Assembly: GCA_964016885.1 (NCBI GenBank)
Contig: CAXHJY010000343.1
Coordinates: forward strand, 62,001-126,000
Source: Eledone cirrhosa
Lineage: Eukaryota
Direction: 5' to 3'
DNA length: 64,000 nt
In this document: one piece after another, positions 52,535 to 64,000 of the stretch
How positions within the stretch are numbered: the first letter of the stretch is position 1
Layout: every line of letters starts with the position of its first letter
The notes under the pieces: model-generated
The model's database searches: none
The model's input: only the letters and a program-made list of their open reading frames with translations
What the model was told of the DNA's origin: nothing
Translations under genes and position numbers: made by a program

Positions 52535-54940
52535 AATTAAGGCCAAAAAGCAGGCTTGGAAAGTATGGCGGGATGGGGGAAGCAGAGAAGACTATCAAGT
52601 GGCCAGGAGGGAAGCTAAGAGACAAGTGTACTTCGCAAGAAGGGAAGCAGAGGAAAGAAAGTTCAAGCATGTCCGACAATGCGAGGACCAAAAACGTGAG
52701 GTGTTCAGGATTGCTAGGCAATGTGTCAAGGAAAACCGTGATATTGTCAGGGAGAAGTGTGTACTTAATGATGATGGCATACTTGCCATCACCGACGCTG
52801 ATAAGAAGGTAGCTTGGAAGTGTCACTATGAAAGGCTACTAAATGAGGAGAATAAATGGGAGAAAGACAGTCTCCCCCACATCGACCCAATAGAGGGACC
52901 AGCAGTGTTAGTCGAGGGGAGTATAATAAGTAAGGCAATCAAAGATATGAAGACGGGTAAGGCGGCTGGGCCTTCGGAAATAGTTGCCGAGATGCTGAAG
53001 GCATCTGGTACGGTGGGACACACCATGGTCACCCGGATAGTTAACCAAGTCGTACAGAATGGGGTTGTTCCGAAGGACTGGCGTAGCAGCAGCATCGTTA
53101 ACTGTTATAAGGGTAAAGGAGATGCCCTAGATAGGAGTAACTATAGAGGCATTAAATTAATCGACCAGGTCATGAAGGTCACGGAAAATGTAATAGTGCA
53201 ACTAATCAGAGAGAGAATTGATCTAGATGAAATGCAGTTCGGGTTTGTGTCAGGCAAAAGTACCACAGACGCTCTTTTCATTGTACGACAACTACAGGAG
53301 AAGTACCTAGCTAAAAGTAAACCCCTATACTTAGCTTTTGTTGACTTGGAGAAAGCCTTCGACAGAGTCCCCCGTTCCATTATCTGGTGGGCTCTTAGAA
53401 AACTAGGTGTTGACGAATGGCTTGTGAGAGCTATACAAGCCATGTATAAACAAACAGTCAGCAAGGTTAGAATTAACAATGAATATAGTGAAGAGTTTAG
53501 CGTAAAAGTTGGCGTCCATCAGGGCTCTGTTCTCAGCCCCCTACTATTTATTATTGCCCTTCAGGCTATAACAGAGGAGTTCAAGACCGGTTGCCCATGG
53601 GAACTCCTATACGCAGATGACCTAACACTCATAGCTGAATCAATGGCCGAGCTAGAGAAGAAATTCCAAACATGGAAGCACGGCCTAGAATCAAAAGGCC
53701 TTAAAATTAACCTGGCTAAGACTAAAGTTCTAGTTTGTAAGAAAGAAAATAAGGTGGCGGTCCCTTCCGGGAAGTGGCCATGCTCAGTGTGTAGGAAAGG
53801 CGTAGGTAGAAACTCCATTTTGTGTCCCAAATGCAAAGTATGGGTGCATAAAAGATGTAGTGTTAAGCTAACTAAGAACATAGACTTTACATGTGGCCGG
53901 TGCTCTGGTGCAATAAGTAGCAGCAAGTGCCCACAAAATACTAGCTCTTTCAACTGCGCAGAGGATTCTATAGAAATAGTGGACAGCTTCTGTTACCTGG
54001 GTGACAAAATCAGCAGTGGGGGAGGGTACTCTGAAAGTACAGCAGCTAGAGTCAGAACTGGATGGAAAAAGTTCAGAGAGCTTATACCACTATTAGCCGC
54101 TAAAGGGTTCTCCCTAAAAATGAAAGGCAGGTTGTATGATGCCTGCATACGAACAGCAATGTTGCATGGCAGTGAGACCTGGGCATTGTGTGCAGAGGAT
54201 ATACGCAGACTAGACAGAAAAGAAGCTTGCATGCTCCGCTGGATGTGTAATAGTAATATACGTGAACGGCAAAGCATAAACGAACTAAGGAAAAAATTAG
54301 AAATAAGAGGGATCAGATGTTGTTTACTCGAGAGAAGGCTACGTTGGTATGGTCACGTGATGCGCATGAAAGACGATAGCTGTATAACAAAGTGCAGGGC
54401 ATTAAAGATAGACGGTAGCCACGGAATAGGCAGACCCAGAAAGACCTGGGACGAGCTGATAAATTCCGACCTCACACACTTACACCTCGCCAAGACAATG
54501 TCACTGGACCGAGACCTTTGGCGGTACTCAGTAATAGAGAAGACCCGCCTTACCTAAATACAAAGTAAAACCTACTACAGTCAGTAGGCATCTCTAACAA
54601 AATACACGCCCGTCCCCCCACCCCCACCCCGTCCACACCGCCCCTTTCAATGTAAATTTATGTTGGTGCCACAACATCCAGGCCGAAACAAATGAGATCG
54701 TGTAGGTATCACGACAACAAAACACACAGTCCATGCTGTAATGTGACTGTGTAGGCAACACGGTAAAAACCTCCCTGCCCCACACTGTAAATGTGGTTGG
54801 TGTTAGGAAGGGCATCCAGCTGTAGAAAACCCGCCAGAGAGTCCTATGCAAGCAAGATAATCACTCTTGCCTCAAGTGGGAAAACCCCCGTCCAAACCCA
54901 TGCAAGCGTGGAACACGGACGTTAAACGTTGATGATGATG
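52535..54940 (+). mobile_element. 5'-truncated RTE LINE with an uninterrupted 652-codon RT frame (52599-54557)
   Basis: NYRGI, QFGF, AFVDLEKAFDRVP, GVHQGSVLSP, LLYADD, YLG, RRLRWYGH; 3' UTR and (gat)n tail; endonuclease missing. Confidence 0.96.
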
Positions 54941-55069
54941 TATATTTTGTGTATATGTAGCACGTACACTATATACATAGTACTTCTATGTATATATTTA
55001 GTGTATATTTTTGTGTATATGTAGCACATACTATATACGTATGTATATATATAGTGTATATTTTGTGTA

Positions 55070-55590
55070 TCATCATTACACTACTTTTCCATGCTTGCAT
55101 GGGTTGGACGGGTCCTTCTTAGCACGACATCTCTCCACTAGATGCGTTCCTTCGTCATCTCCTCTTCCAGTATTCACAATTTGAGTTAAGCTCTCACAAC
55201 ATTTGCCCCTGACTTTCTTGGTCATCCTCTCCTGCAGCTTCCTTCCACTAGGATTTCTCCAAGCTCTGTATTTCTCTAACATATACGTTGCAGATCCAAC
55301 AAAACATGGTTGCTTCATTTTTCTCCAGTCTAATCGCATCATCTACAGTCACAGCCCATGTTTCTCTAGCATGCAGTATTGTGCACTTCACACAGGCTTT
55401 ATATACCCTTCCTATTGTGTGTAGGGAGAAACCTTATGTTATCAGCAGTAGTAGTTCACTAAACATCCATCCTATCCTTATTCAAGCCACTCTACTCTTG
55501 GCATACCCTCCTCTGCTGCTGATTAGGTCACCTAGATAGCAGAAGCTATCAACCACATCTACAGATCCTTCCTGTGACTGGAAACGGTGT
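55070..55590 (-). mobile_element. Older RTE-family 3' fragment
   Basis: SVDVVDSFCYLGDLISSRGG...; tail catcattacactacttttccatgcttgcatggg. Its first ~140 bp are mirrored at 14686-14820. Confidence 0.8.
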
Positions 55591-56063
55591 ATAACAGTAG
55601 CACTCTTCCTCTCAATTTCTGCTCTGCTGCCTAACCAACCACTTCCTCTCTGTCCCCACACTGCTGATTTCCTTCTCAAAATTAGAAAGACCACAGCCCA
55701 CTTGAGGAAGGAGTCCCATGAGGTGGGGTGGATGTTGCAGTGGGTGTCTCTGGCTATTCTTTGTGGTAACACCTTTGTCACTTTGTCTGTAGGGTGGGGC
55801 TGAATCACAGCTCAGACTGGAATATAGTGTCTGTCCCTCACCCTCTCCCATTATTTTCGTTGCTAGATACGTTTTCGTTACTATATAAAATATAATTAGA
55901 TTAATGAAAGTTATAATTAAGATAGCAGGTCGTTGACAATGTTTCCCTTTCCGGTTTTTGACCAGTGTCATACGTTAAAAGTCCCTAATATAATTTAAAA
56001 TATAAATATATTGCCTGTACGTTTATAAACACACTCTCTCGTGTGTAATCGTTTCTTATATTA

Positions 56064-56070
<7 letters not shown>

Positions 56071-56095
<25 letters not shown>

Positions 56096-59000
56096 AATAT
56101 TGTGTACAGTGCTCAGGTGCACTACAACTCATCAAAAGTGTATGTATAGTACATAGGGTAATGTACAAACATCAGGAAAATGAACAGTGCATGAGTCATG
56201 CTACACGCACGTGTATGGAAGAGGTACATCAAGTGTAGTTTTGGCGTATTTCGGGAAGCATGAGTGTCTTAAAGGATGCAGTGTCTCGGCAGCTAACAAC
56301 TGACGCTGGCAGTTTGTTCCATGCTTCAGCAACTCTGAGCGTGAAAAAATGTTTACGAAAGTCATGGGAGCTGTGCTGTTTTCTGATTTTGTAGGCATGT
56401 CCACGTGTGTTAGACACATGGAGATCAAAATGGTGCTCAGGGTTGTAATTGGCAAGATGGTTAATACCTTTGTGGGTGTTTACCAAGTCCATTGCCAAAC
56501 GTCGGAGCTTCAATGAATCCATGCCCAGGGAAGCAAGGCGTTCAGAGTATGGTAGGTGTCTGATGGAGGGTATGCGCTTGGTTGCACGTCTCTGAACAGT
56601 TTCCAGGAGGTCAATGTTCTGAGCAAGATAGGGGTTCCAGACTGATGATGCGAATTCCAAGTGTGGTCGTACCATAGCTGTATACAGTTTTAAATAGATG
56701 GCTGGAGAGCGGATAACAAAGGTCTTGCTGAGTGATGCCAAGACACCCTCGGCCCTCTTGACAATCTTAGAGACATGCTTTGTCCAACGTAAATCGTTGC
56801 TGACAGTAATGCCCAGGTCACGTTCACAAGAGGACTTCTTGATATCAGTGTTGTGGAGGGAGTATGTGGACGCTGGATTTTTCCTCCCAAAGTGCATGGT
56901 GGTACACTTGTCCACAGCCAGCTTCAGTTGCCAGTCTGTGATCCATTGCTGCATTGTGTCCAGGTCTGATTGTAGGAAAGAGTTGTAGATTTCAGGATCA
57001 GTCCTTTCGATTTCAAGGTACAGCTTGATGTCATCTGCATATTTCAGTACCATGGCATTCTTTAAGTTGGCATGTATGTCATTAATATATGCCACAAACA
57101 AAAGGGGACCAAGAACAGATCCCTGTGGTACACCAGATGACATCTCATATGGTGAAGAATGCTGTCCTAGAACCGTGACTACCTCTTTTCGGCTGAGAAT
57201 GAAGGATTTCAACCAGTTCTAAAGATCATCCCTCACACCCATTGCAGAGAGTTTTGTCATAAGTCTTTTATGTGGCACAGAATTAAAAGCCTTAGCAAAG
57301 TCAAGGTAACCAACATCCACCCATGAGGCGTTGTCAGTGATCCGGGTGATGTCTTCAAGGAACTCGATAAGCTCATCACAGCAGCTGGAGTTAGGGATAA
57401 ATCCAAACTGTGAGGGCCGGATGAGGCTGTGAGAGCTCCAGAAGTTCCAAAGTGTTTCTTTGACACAGGATTCCATCTGTTTGGCCATAGAGCTAGTAAG
57501 ACTAACTGGACGATAGTTGACAAGTGACATGCGGTTGCCTTTTTGAACAGGGGAATGACACTGGCAGTTTTCCACTGCTCCAGAATAGCACCATTGTTGA
57601 GACAGTATTGAAAGAAGAAAGAAAGCTGGTGCAAAATGTAATACCCGCCATGTTTGAGAAGCAGTTATGTCACACCATCAAGACCAGGGAGGCATAGTTG
57701 CGCTTATTCTTAAGGTGACGTCGCAACATTGCAGGTGTAAATTCCATAGTTGTTATGGAATTTGATGTTAGAGATGGTACATTCTGGTTTTCAACAGTAA
57801 AAATACTTGCATAGCACTCAGCAATAAGTTCTGCGCATTATTTGGGATCATCAGTGATCTGGCTTGTGTGGGGATTGCAAAGAGGACCAACTGGAGAGTG
57901 AGGTCTCTGCTTTGAATGAACATATTTCCAGAACACCTTATTGTCAGGATTGGTTGCTATGCACTGTTCAAATTCAAACACTGCCTTCTTTGTCACTTGC
58001 TTGAGATGGTTAGAATATTTATTCCGCTTTATTCTGTTGTCATCTGATTTATGCAGTTTATATTCCCGTTCAGCGTTCCGACGTTCTTTCCTGGCAAGTC
58101 GGACCGCTGAAGTTTCCCAAATTGCACTTTTGGGGTGGTTATTTTTCCGCTTACGTGGCACCGATGCTGCACACGCTATCCATATTGAGTCCAGGATGCT
58201 CTGGAGTATAGTGTTCACATCTCATGCCAGTTTGGGCACTGTAGCTCAGTGCAGTACAAGTTCCAATCCGCCCTCTTCCAATCAAAGCAAGCAGACTGGA
58301 GATGGCTCTGGTTTTTGTTGCTGCCCTCAAGTGCCAGATTGGCAATGATCATAGCATGATCAGAGTCGCCTAGAGGTTCCTCAGTAGTACAACTGATAAC
58401 CACTTCAGGAGTAGTGGTGAAGATCAGGTCCAAAGTGTTGTTACCTCTTGTTGGAGAGGTGACTACTTGTGACCAGTTTGAGTCCAGCACTAGTTCAAGG
58501 AAATCGTTTGCACCTTGTGGCCAACGAAAGGTTTCCCAATCGATCTCAGGATGATTGAAGTCACCTGCAATAAACACATAAGTGGCTGTTTTCTTGGCAG
58601 CAACTCTGAGGATATCGCAAAGCTGTGTGTCCTGATGGTAGTTTGGGGGGCGATAAACAACACCAAGCAGAAGTGTTGACATGGCCATACGTACGTCACA
58701 GAAAAAAACTTCTTCCTGTGATTCGTTCAAATCAATGCAAAGAATTACCGAAAAGTTTGAACGAACGTAGACCATCACACCACCACCACGGCGATTAATG
58801 CGGTCCTTGCGGAAAGGTTGTACCCAGTAATGCTGAAAACCCCATCACAGAGTAAGGAATGTGCCCATGTTTCTGTGACTGTGATGAAGTCAGGGTCGAT
58901 GCTTCTGACGTAGGAGTCAAACAGATGTATCTTGTTGCATAAAAATGCGAGCATTTAAGGACAACAATTTGTACCCTGGTTACAGTTTATCATGGTGTGT

Positions 59001-60530
59001 AGGGGGTGGCAGGTTGTTCTGGTTTAGTTTCCCAGAGTTGTTGCAGTTTTTTTTATTGCTAGTTATTGTGGATAGAGCACACTCAGACCTGCTGGTATCT
59101 CTCTTCCACGTTTCACCAGCCTTAACAAACCTCTAGATCTGCCCATCATCACGCAGACTAAAACTTTCATGTTGTGCTGAGTTCCGATTCAAGGAAGCTG
59201 CAGCACGTAGCTTTCGACGTACATGGGGTGGTAGGCCTGGGTGTGTTCAGAAGGTAATCCGATTTTCACGCCCAGCTTTAACAGAGGCCAGATGGTATGA
59301 GATTGCCTCAGCGGGGTCCGAAAAAGACAGCCTGATGAGTTTAGTTTTGGACGAGGTCGACCAAGGCAAAGACCACCCTTTGGGGGAACACAGCCTAGGT
59401 CTTTGGCTGAGCTGGCAGCAAATGCCTGAAGATCAGCTTTGTCCTCTGGTACCCCAATGGCAATTACTTCATGGGTAGCAGATTCCGCAGTCTTCTCAGT
59501 GTGCTCAGATGCGGCAAGAGGTACAGGGAGATTCTTTAGCAAGGCATTCCAATAAGACCCCTCATTGTGGGGTCCTACCCGAATGCTTGCCTTTATTCCT
59601 GTTACTTCCCTTCTTAAAGCAGAAATCATTTGTTGCAATTCTGCAAAATCTGTACTGGTCGGTTGTTGTTGTTGTTGTTTGCTGCTGTTGTTGTTGTTAT
59701 TGTTGGTGGTGGTGGTGATGATGATGATGTTCCTCCACAGGAATGGTAGGGGAAGACTCAGCCGCCGGTTGTTGATGTCGAGATGTACTGGGAGTGGAAG
59801 ACATGGGTTGTTGTTGTTTCTGATGTTCTCCCACAGGAATAGCAGCAGAAGCCAGTGTCATAGGTTTTTGCAGTTGTTCAGTAACAATGGTGGAGGGAGA
59901 TACAGTCATTGGTTGTTGTTGTTGTTGTTGTTTTTCAATAACATTAGTGGAGGCAGGCATACAGTCCAGGCACTGAAAGGACCAAGATTTTAGCTGTACC
60001 ATCTCCCAGATTCCATCCATCATAGCATTATGATGTCTCTTTTTTTGGCCTGGGATCCTCCGGAAGCCTGTGGCGCATTGAAGGCAGACAGAGATGTGAC
60101 AGGTTCCACATTCGACCCATCGATAATGGAACGAGTTTTCGTGTTCCGAACAGATATGGCAGATGTGGTTTTCTGGGCAATGTTCTATTTTGGAACATCG
60201 ACCAGTTTTGTCGCATACTTCATCCATGGACATCACCGTGGCAATTTTGTTATTTCTGCCCATCCGTAGAAAAACACAGAATGTAAACAATATAGGTTTA
60301 GCGCACTTGATTACGATAGAAATAAATAAAAAAAATTTCTGTTTGTTTTTTGGTGTATTTTGTTTCCGTTTTCCTAAATGATGTGTGTACAGAAGATTCT
60401 GTGCATGAAACAAATAAATATGTTGTGTAAGTTAACAAGATAAATGTTTGTTTATGTTTTGTTTTTGTATTTCTGTTTCTGTGTTCCTATGTATTATGTG
60501 TGTGTGTATGCAATAAGATCTGCACACGCA
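56071..60530 (-). mobile_element. Near full-length CR1-clade LINE (ORF1 with PHD-like finger; ORF2 APE plus RT), several frameshifts, (ATT)n tail
   Basis: VYRPP, AGDFNHP, LDLIF, SDH (APE); YLDFAKAF, SGVPQGSVLGP, YADDIK (RT); CR1-type C-terminus TRGH...FF..RV...WN.LP. ORF1 starts near 60263 with CHIC...WVECGTC...CLQC...FQCLDC. Confidence 0.92.
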
Positions 60531-61122
60531 TATATAATTATATATATATATAATTAAAATGTGTATGTGGGTTAGAAGCGAAGTCAGTGTTCAGAGATAT
60601 TTGACAAATGTACGTAAGATTGGCCGGTATAGTGTCTCTCACGAAATAGTGTGGTTTCTTTTCACTTGTGTGTATATGCATGTGGTATATATCTGTATAT
60701 AAATCTGTGTGTATATGCATGTGGTATGTATCTGTATATAAATCTGTGTGTATTGTTGTTTATAGATTTTGTGAAGTACTTACTGCGATCCCTAAGGAAT
60801 GTAGTGATTTGTTGTTTATTTCCCCTGTCCATGTCCACACGTGGTTTGTTGGCGAAAATCAAATCAAATCAAATATACTTTGTTAAAATAATTCTATGTT
60901 GAAACTGGTACTAATTGTCAGGGAATAGTCAAAGTATTTGTAATAATGAATATTGTAATCCATCTGACATGTGTTTAAAGGCAGTTTTTGGTGATATGGA
61001 ACTTATGCCCAACAGCTACATGAACCTGGGACACACAACAGATTCTACACAAAATTGTTAATAAAATACATGTATATTTATTTATACACATGTAGGAGTC
61101 ACCTTACATGATATGTATATTA

Positions 61123-61197
61123 CAGTGTACCCCAAAAATGTATACACACTTACATAGACTGTAGTTGACGTGTGTATACATTTTTGGGGAGACCCTG
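61123..61197. mobile_element. 75-bp Tc1/mariner-type MITE with TA target duplication
   Basis: TA-CAGTGTACCCCAAAAATGTATACACAC...GTGTGTATACATTTTTGGGGAGACCCTG-TA. Confidence 0.8.
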
Positions 61198-61699
61198 TAT
61201 ATATTTTATATACACATATATATGTTAAAAGATGATTGATATATAAATATAAACATATAAATATATATATATATACGCACATATATTTATAAATATATAC
61301 TCTTATGTATTCCATTAAATATTCTACATATTTATATGAATATATATATATATACTCTTATGTGTATACGTCTGAAAATGTATATATGTATGTAAATATA
61401 TTTTTATACATACATGTATACATATAGATGGACAGTTATGCACATAAAATATTTTATTTATTTATATACATACAATGAATTATTAACTTATTAAAAACTA
61501 CAATGTATGATTAAATTATGTTTGATTTTAATGTCTATGAAAGAAGATTATTATAATTTATCTAAATTAATGTTAAAATAAATTTTTAAAAATCTAAATA
61601 AACAGTTTATTTGTTAACATAACCGTGGTGATAATATTGGTTCCTTATATAGGCATAAGACCAACAATTTTGGGGGAGGGGAAAGTAGATTAAATCAAC

Positions 61700-61782
61700 A
61701 CCAGTGCATTACTGGTACTTTATTTTATTGACCCCGTAAGGATAAAAGGCAAAGTTAACCTCGGAGGGATTTAAACTCAGAT
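61700..61782 (-). mobile_element. Octopus-type SINE fragment
   Basis: actggtactttattttattgaccccgtaaggataaaaggcaaagttaacctcggagggatttaaactcaga. Confidence 0.7.
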
Positions 61783-62574
61783 CATACCATCGTCATAATA
61801 TTACAAATAAAAAGAGAGGGAGTCGGGCTGCTAACTGTAAGGTTCTTGTCTTTAGGTGGGGTGTTGTGTTGGTTGTTGGGTAGGAGCTGTTGGCCGATGG
61901 GTTGAGCATGTAGTGTCACTGAACCACGATCAAGGCTGCGATAGTGATGCTTCTGTGGTTTCATATTTCAACACAGGCAAGATGATCTATAATATGAACG
62001 GCGAAATTGTGGAGAAATTCATTCAATTACTACAGGTCTGACCCTTGGTTTGAATTATATCTACTTATGAAGGTTTAAAGCAACCGACCAAACAGTCCTT
62101 TCCTAATTCAAGAAGGTATGTGACCTGAAAGAAATTTGGCTGCTATTTCCAACAGGTCAAGTAACCACATAGAGGTCTTCTCTCCCTCTCTCGAAACAAA
62201 CATATTTGTTATTGTTGGTGGTTTTAGCCAAAAAGTTGTTGTTGAAATCAGTAATTTTTTACAGGAAAGTTAGGATTAACTAATGAACTTGATATAATTG
62301 AGTGAGGGAAGATTTTAGCTGGCCAACATACAAAACACTTTCTAAATGAGACAGAACACTTTGTAGAATAATTATTTCAATGATTCTTTTCTAACTTTTC
62401 CTTTCAACTTTCTCTTTCATTTCACTTGTTTTTCCTTCTTTTCTTTAACCTTCTTATTAGATTATATGTTGTCTTATATTTTCACTTGGACTTTATACTT
62501 CTCTGTGTTATATATATAAGGTTCCATGTGAAACCCCATAACTAGAATACAATTGAACAAGAAACAGACGATTT

Positions 62575-62652
62575 ATTTCGATTATAAAGAATTTGTCGTT
62601 ACAACGAATTATCTTTATACCCGTGAATTTCGTTATAACGGAATTTCACTGT
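62575..62652. mobile_element. Tigger/pogo-like MITE end
   Basis: ttcgttataacggaatttcactg-TA (reverse complement CAGTGAAATTCCGTTATAACGAA) with subterminal cgttacaacg repeats. Confidence 0.55.
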
Positions 62653-62673
62653 ATATATATTATGTGTGCGTGC

Positions 62674-62727
<54 letters not shown>

Positions 62728-63776
62728 CAAGAAGGAGAATGATATTCTGGCGGTTTTCGAGCTTATTCTGAAGTCTGTACAAAAGACTTGCTGTGTTGAT
62801 TGTTTAACTAAACGTAAAAGTTTAAAGAAAGAAAAATCCTTAATGGATATTTTCACTGCTATTTCTAGCAGAGTGAGAGACTACATAGATATATAATTGA
62901 TATTTTACTGAGTGATACTTTTTGATTTATCATCAATTAAATACGATTGGAAGTGTGTCTGAATGTATTAAATTATATCAGGGAATTTTAACGTATTACA
63001 CCGGTAAGGGAGTTAAATCATTTTCAACGACACCGGGTACCTGCTGTCTTCATTATAACTTTAATTATTCTAATATATATATACACACAATTTTAATTCC
63101 CCGCCATCAGTCTTACACTGTCATATCTATTCTTACTTTACAATTGTGTCTACTAAGAGTTCCATTACAATCTGTAGTAGTAAAACTACTATTTCACCAG
63201 AACATCTGCTATCAGTCATTTATAGACAATATATATATTTTAGACCACATATCAACCTAATATATATATATTTCCTATCAAATCTGTAGCTAAAGACATA
63301 AAGTCAGCCTCACTACTTCATTCTGACAAGATATCAATTTATGACTAAAGATGAAGAAGATACACCAACGTTAATGTCGTGAAATAAAGCTGATAACATT
63401 GAAACTTCTAATTTGATAACAAAGAGATTATTTCTTTGGTTAGTAAAACCTAACAACACAACACATTGATTATATGTGAAGGAGGTAAGTTGACAAAGAT
63501 TTACGTAATGTCTATATTAATGTGTGTAAATAATATAATTATGTGACCCCTACAAAGATCGAGTAATTAATCAGATTCCACTGTTACATGTGATATAAAA
63601 TATATTGTTATCATGACTGTCTTTATTATTTAAATTACCTCCGTCCATATTTCAACCACTGGAACAACCTCAAACAAGAAACAGTTGTCACACCCTCAGT
63701 CAACATATTAATGTAAAAAATCGAAATAAATGTTATGTGTGTATATAGATAGATGTATGTTGTGTGTGTATATATA

Positions 63777-64000
63777 CAGTAATCCCCCGCTATATCGCGG
63801 TTCACTTTTCGCGGTCCCGTTACATCGCGGATATTTCTTTGGAACGTATCTAATTTCCTATCGCGGTAATCTTCGCCACATCGCGGATTATTCGTTAGAA
63901 CATATCTAGTTTCTTATCGCGGTACGTCTGAATAAAAAGTGTTTAAAATTTAAACTTATTAAATAAGTTTCAATGTTATTAAAGTGTATATCGTAAGGAA
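63777..64000 (+). mobile_element. Tigger/pogo-like (Tc1/mariner superfamily) element left end, running off the window
   Basis: TA-CAGTAATCCCCCGCTATATCGCGG with repeated atcgcgg subterminal motifs. Confidence 0.7.

Overview
AT-rich, microsatellite-dense eukaryotic DNA that is almost certainly from an octopus (coleoid cephalopod). The evidence is octopus-type tRNA-derived SINEs, RTE LINEs with (GAT)n tails and single-exon C2H2 zinc-finger genes with no KRAB domain. The window holds a cluster of six related C2H2-ZNF loci. Three lie on the minus strand (A ~11.4-12.2 kb, B ~18.0-19.4 kb, C ~27.2-28.7 kb) and three on the plus strand (C' 34.9-36.3 kb, A' 41.7-41.9 kb, B' 49.6-50.3 kb). They form three pairs of multi-kb inverted segmental duplications whose order is shuffled (C,B,A versus C',A',B'). 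Non-coding flanks are near-identical within pairs, while the finger arrays differ in number and in DNA-contact residues. Interspersed are many RTE LINE copies (one with a 652-codon open RT frame), a near full-length CR1-like LINE, tandem Helitron-like elements, MITEs, SINEs, Penelope-like remnants with several hammerhead-ribozyme motifs, many fold-back hairpins next to (TA)n tracts, and several minisatellites. Most ORFs in the supplied track are microsatellite or antisense-ZF artefacts. Coordinates and similarities were read by eye, so boundaries are approximate.
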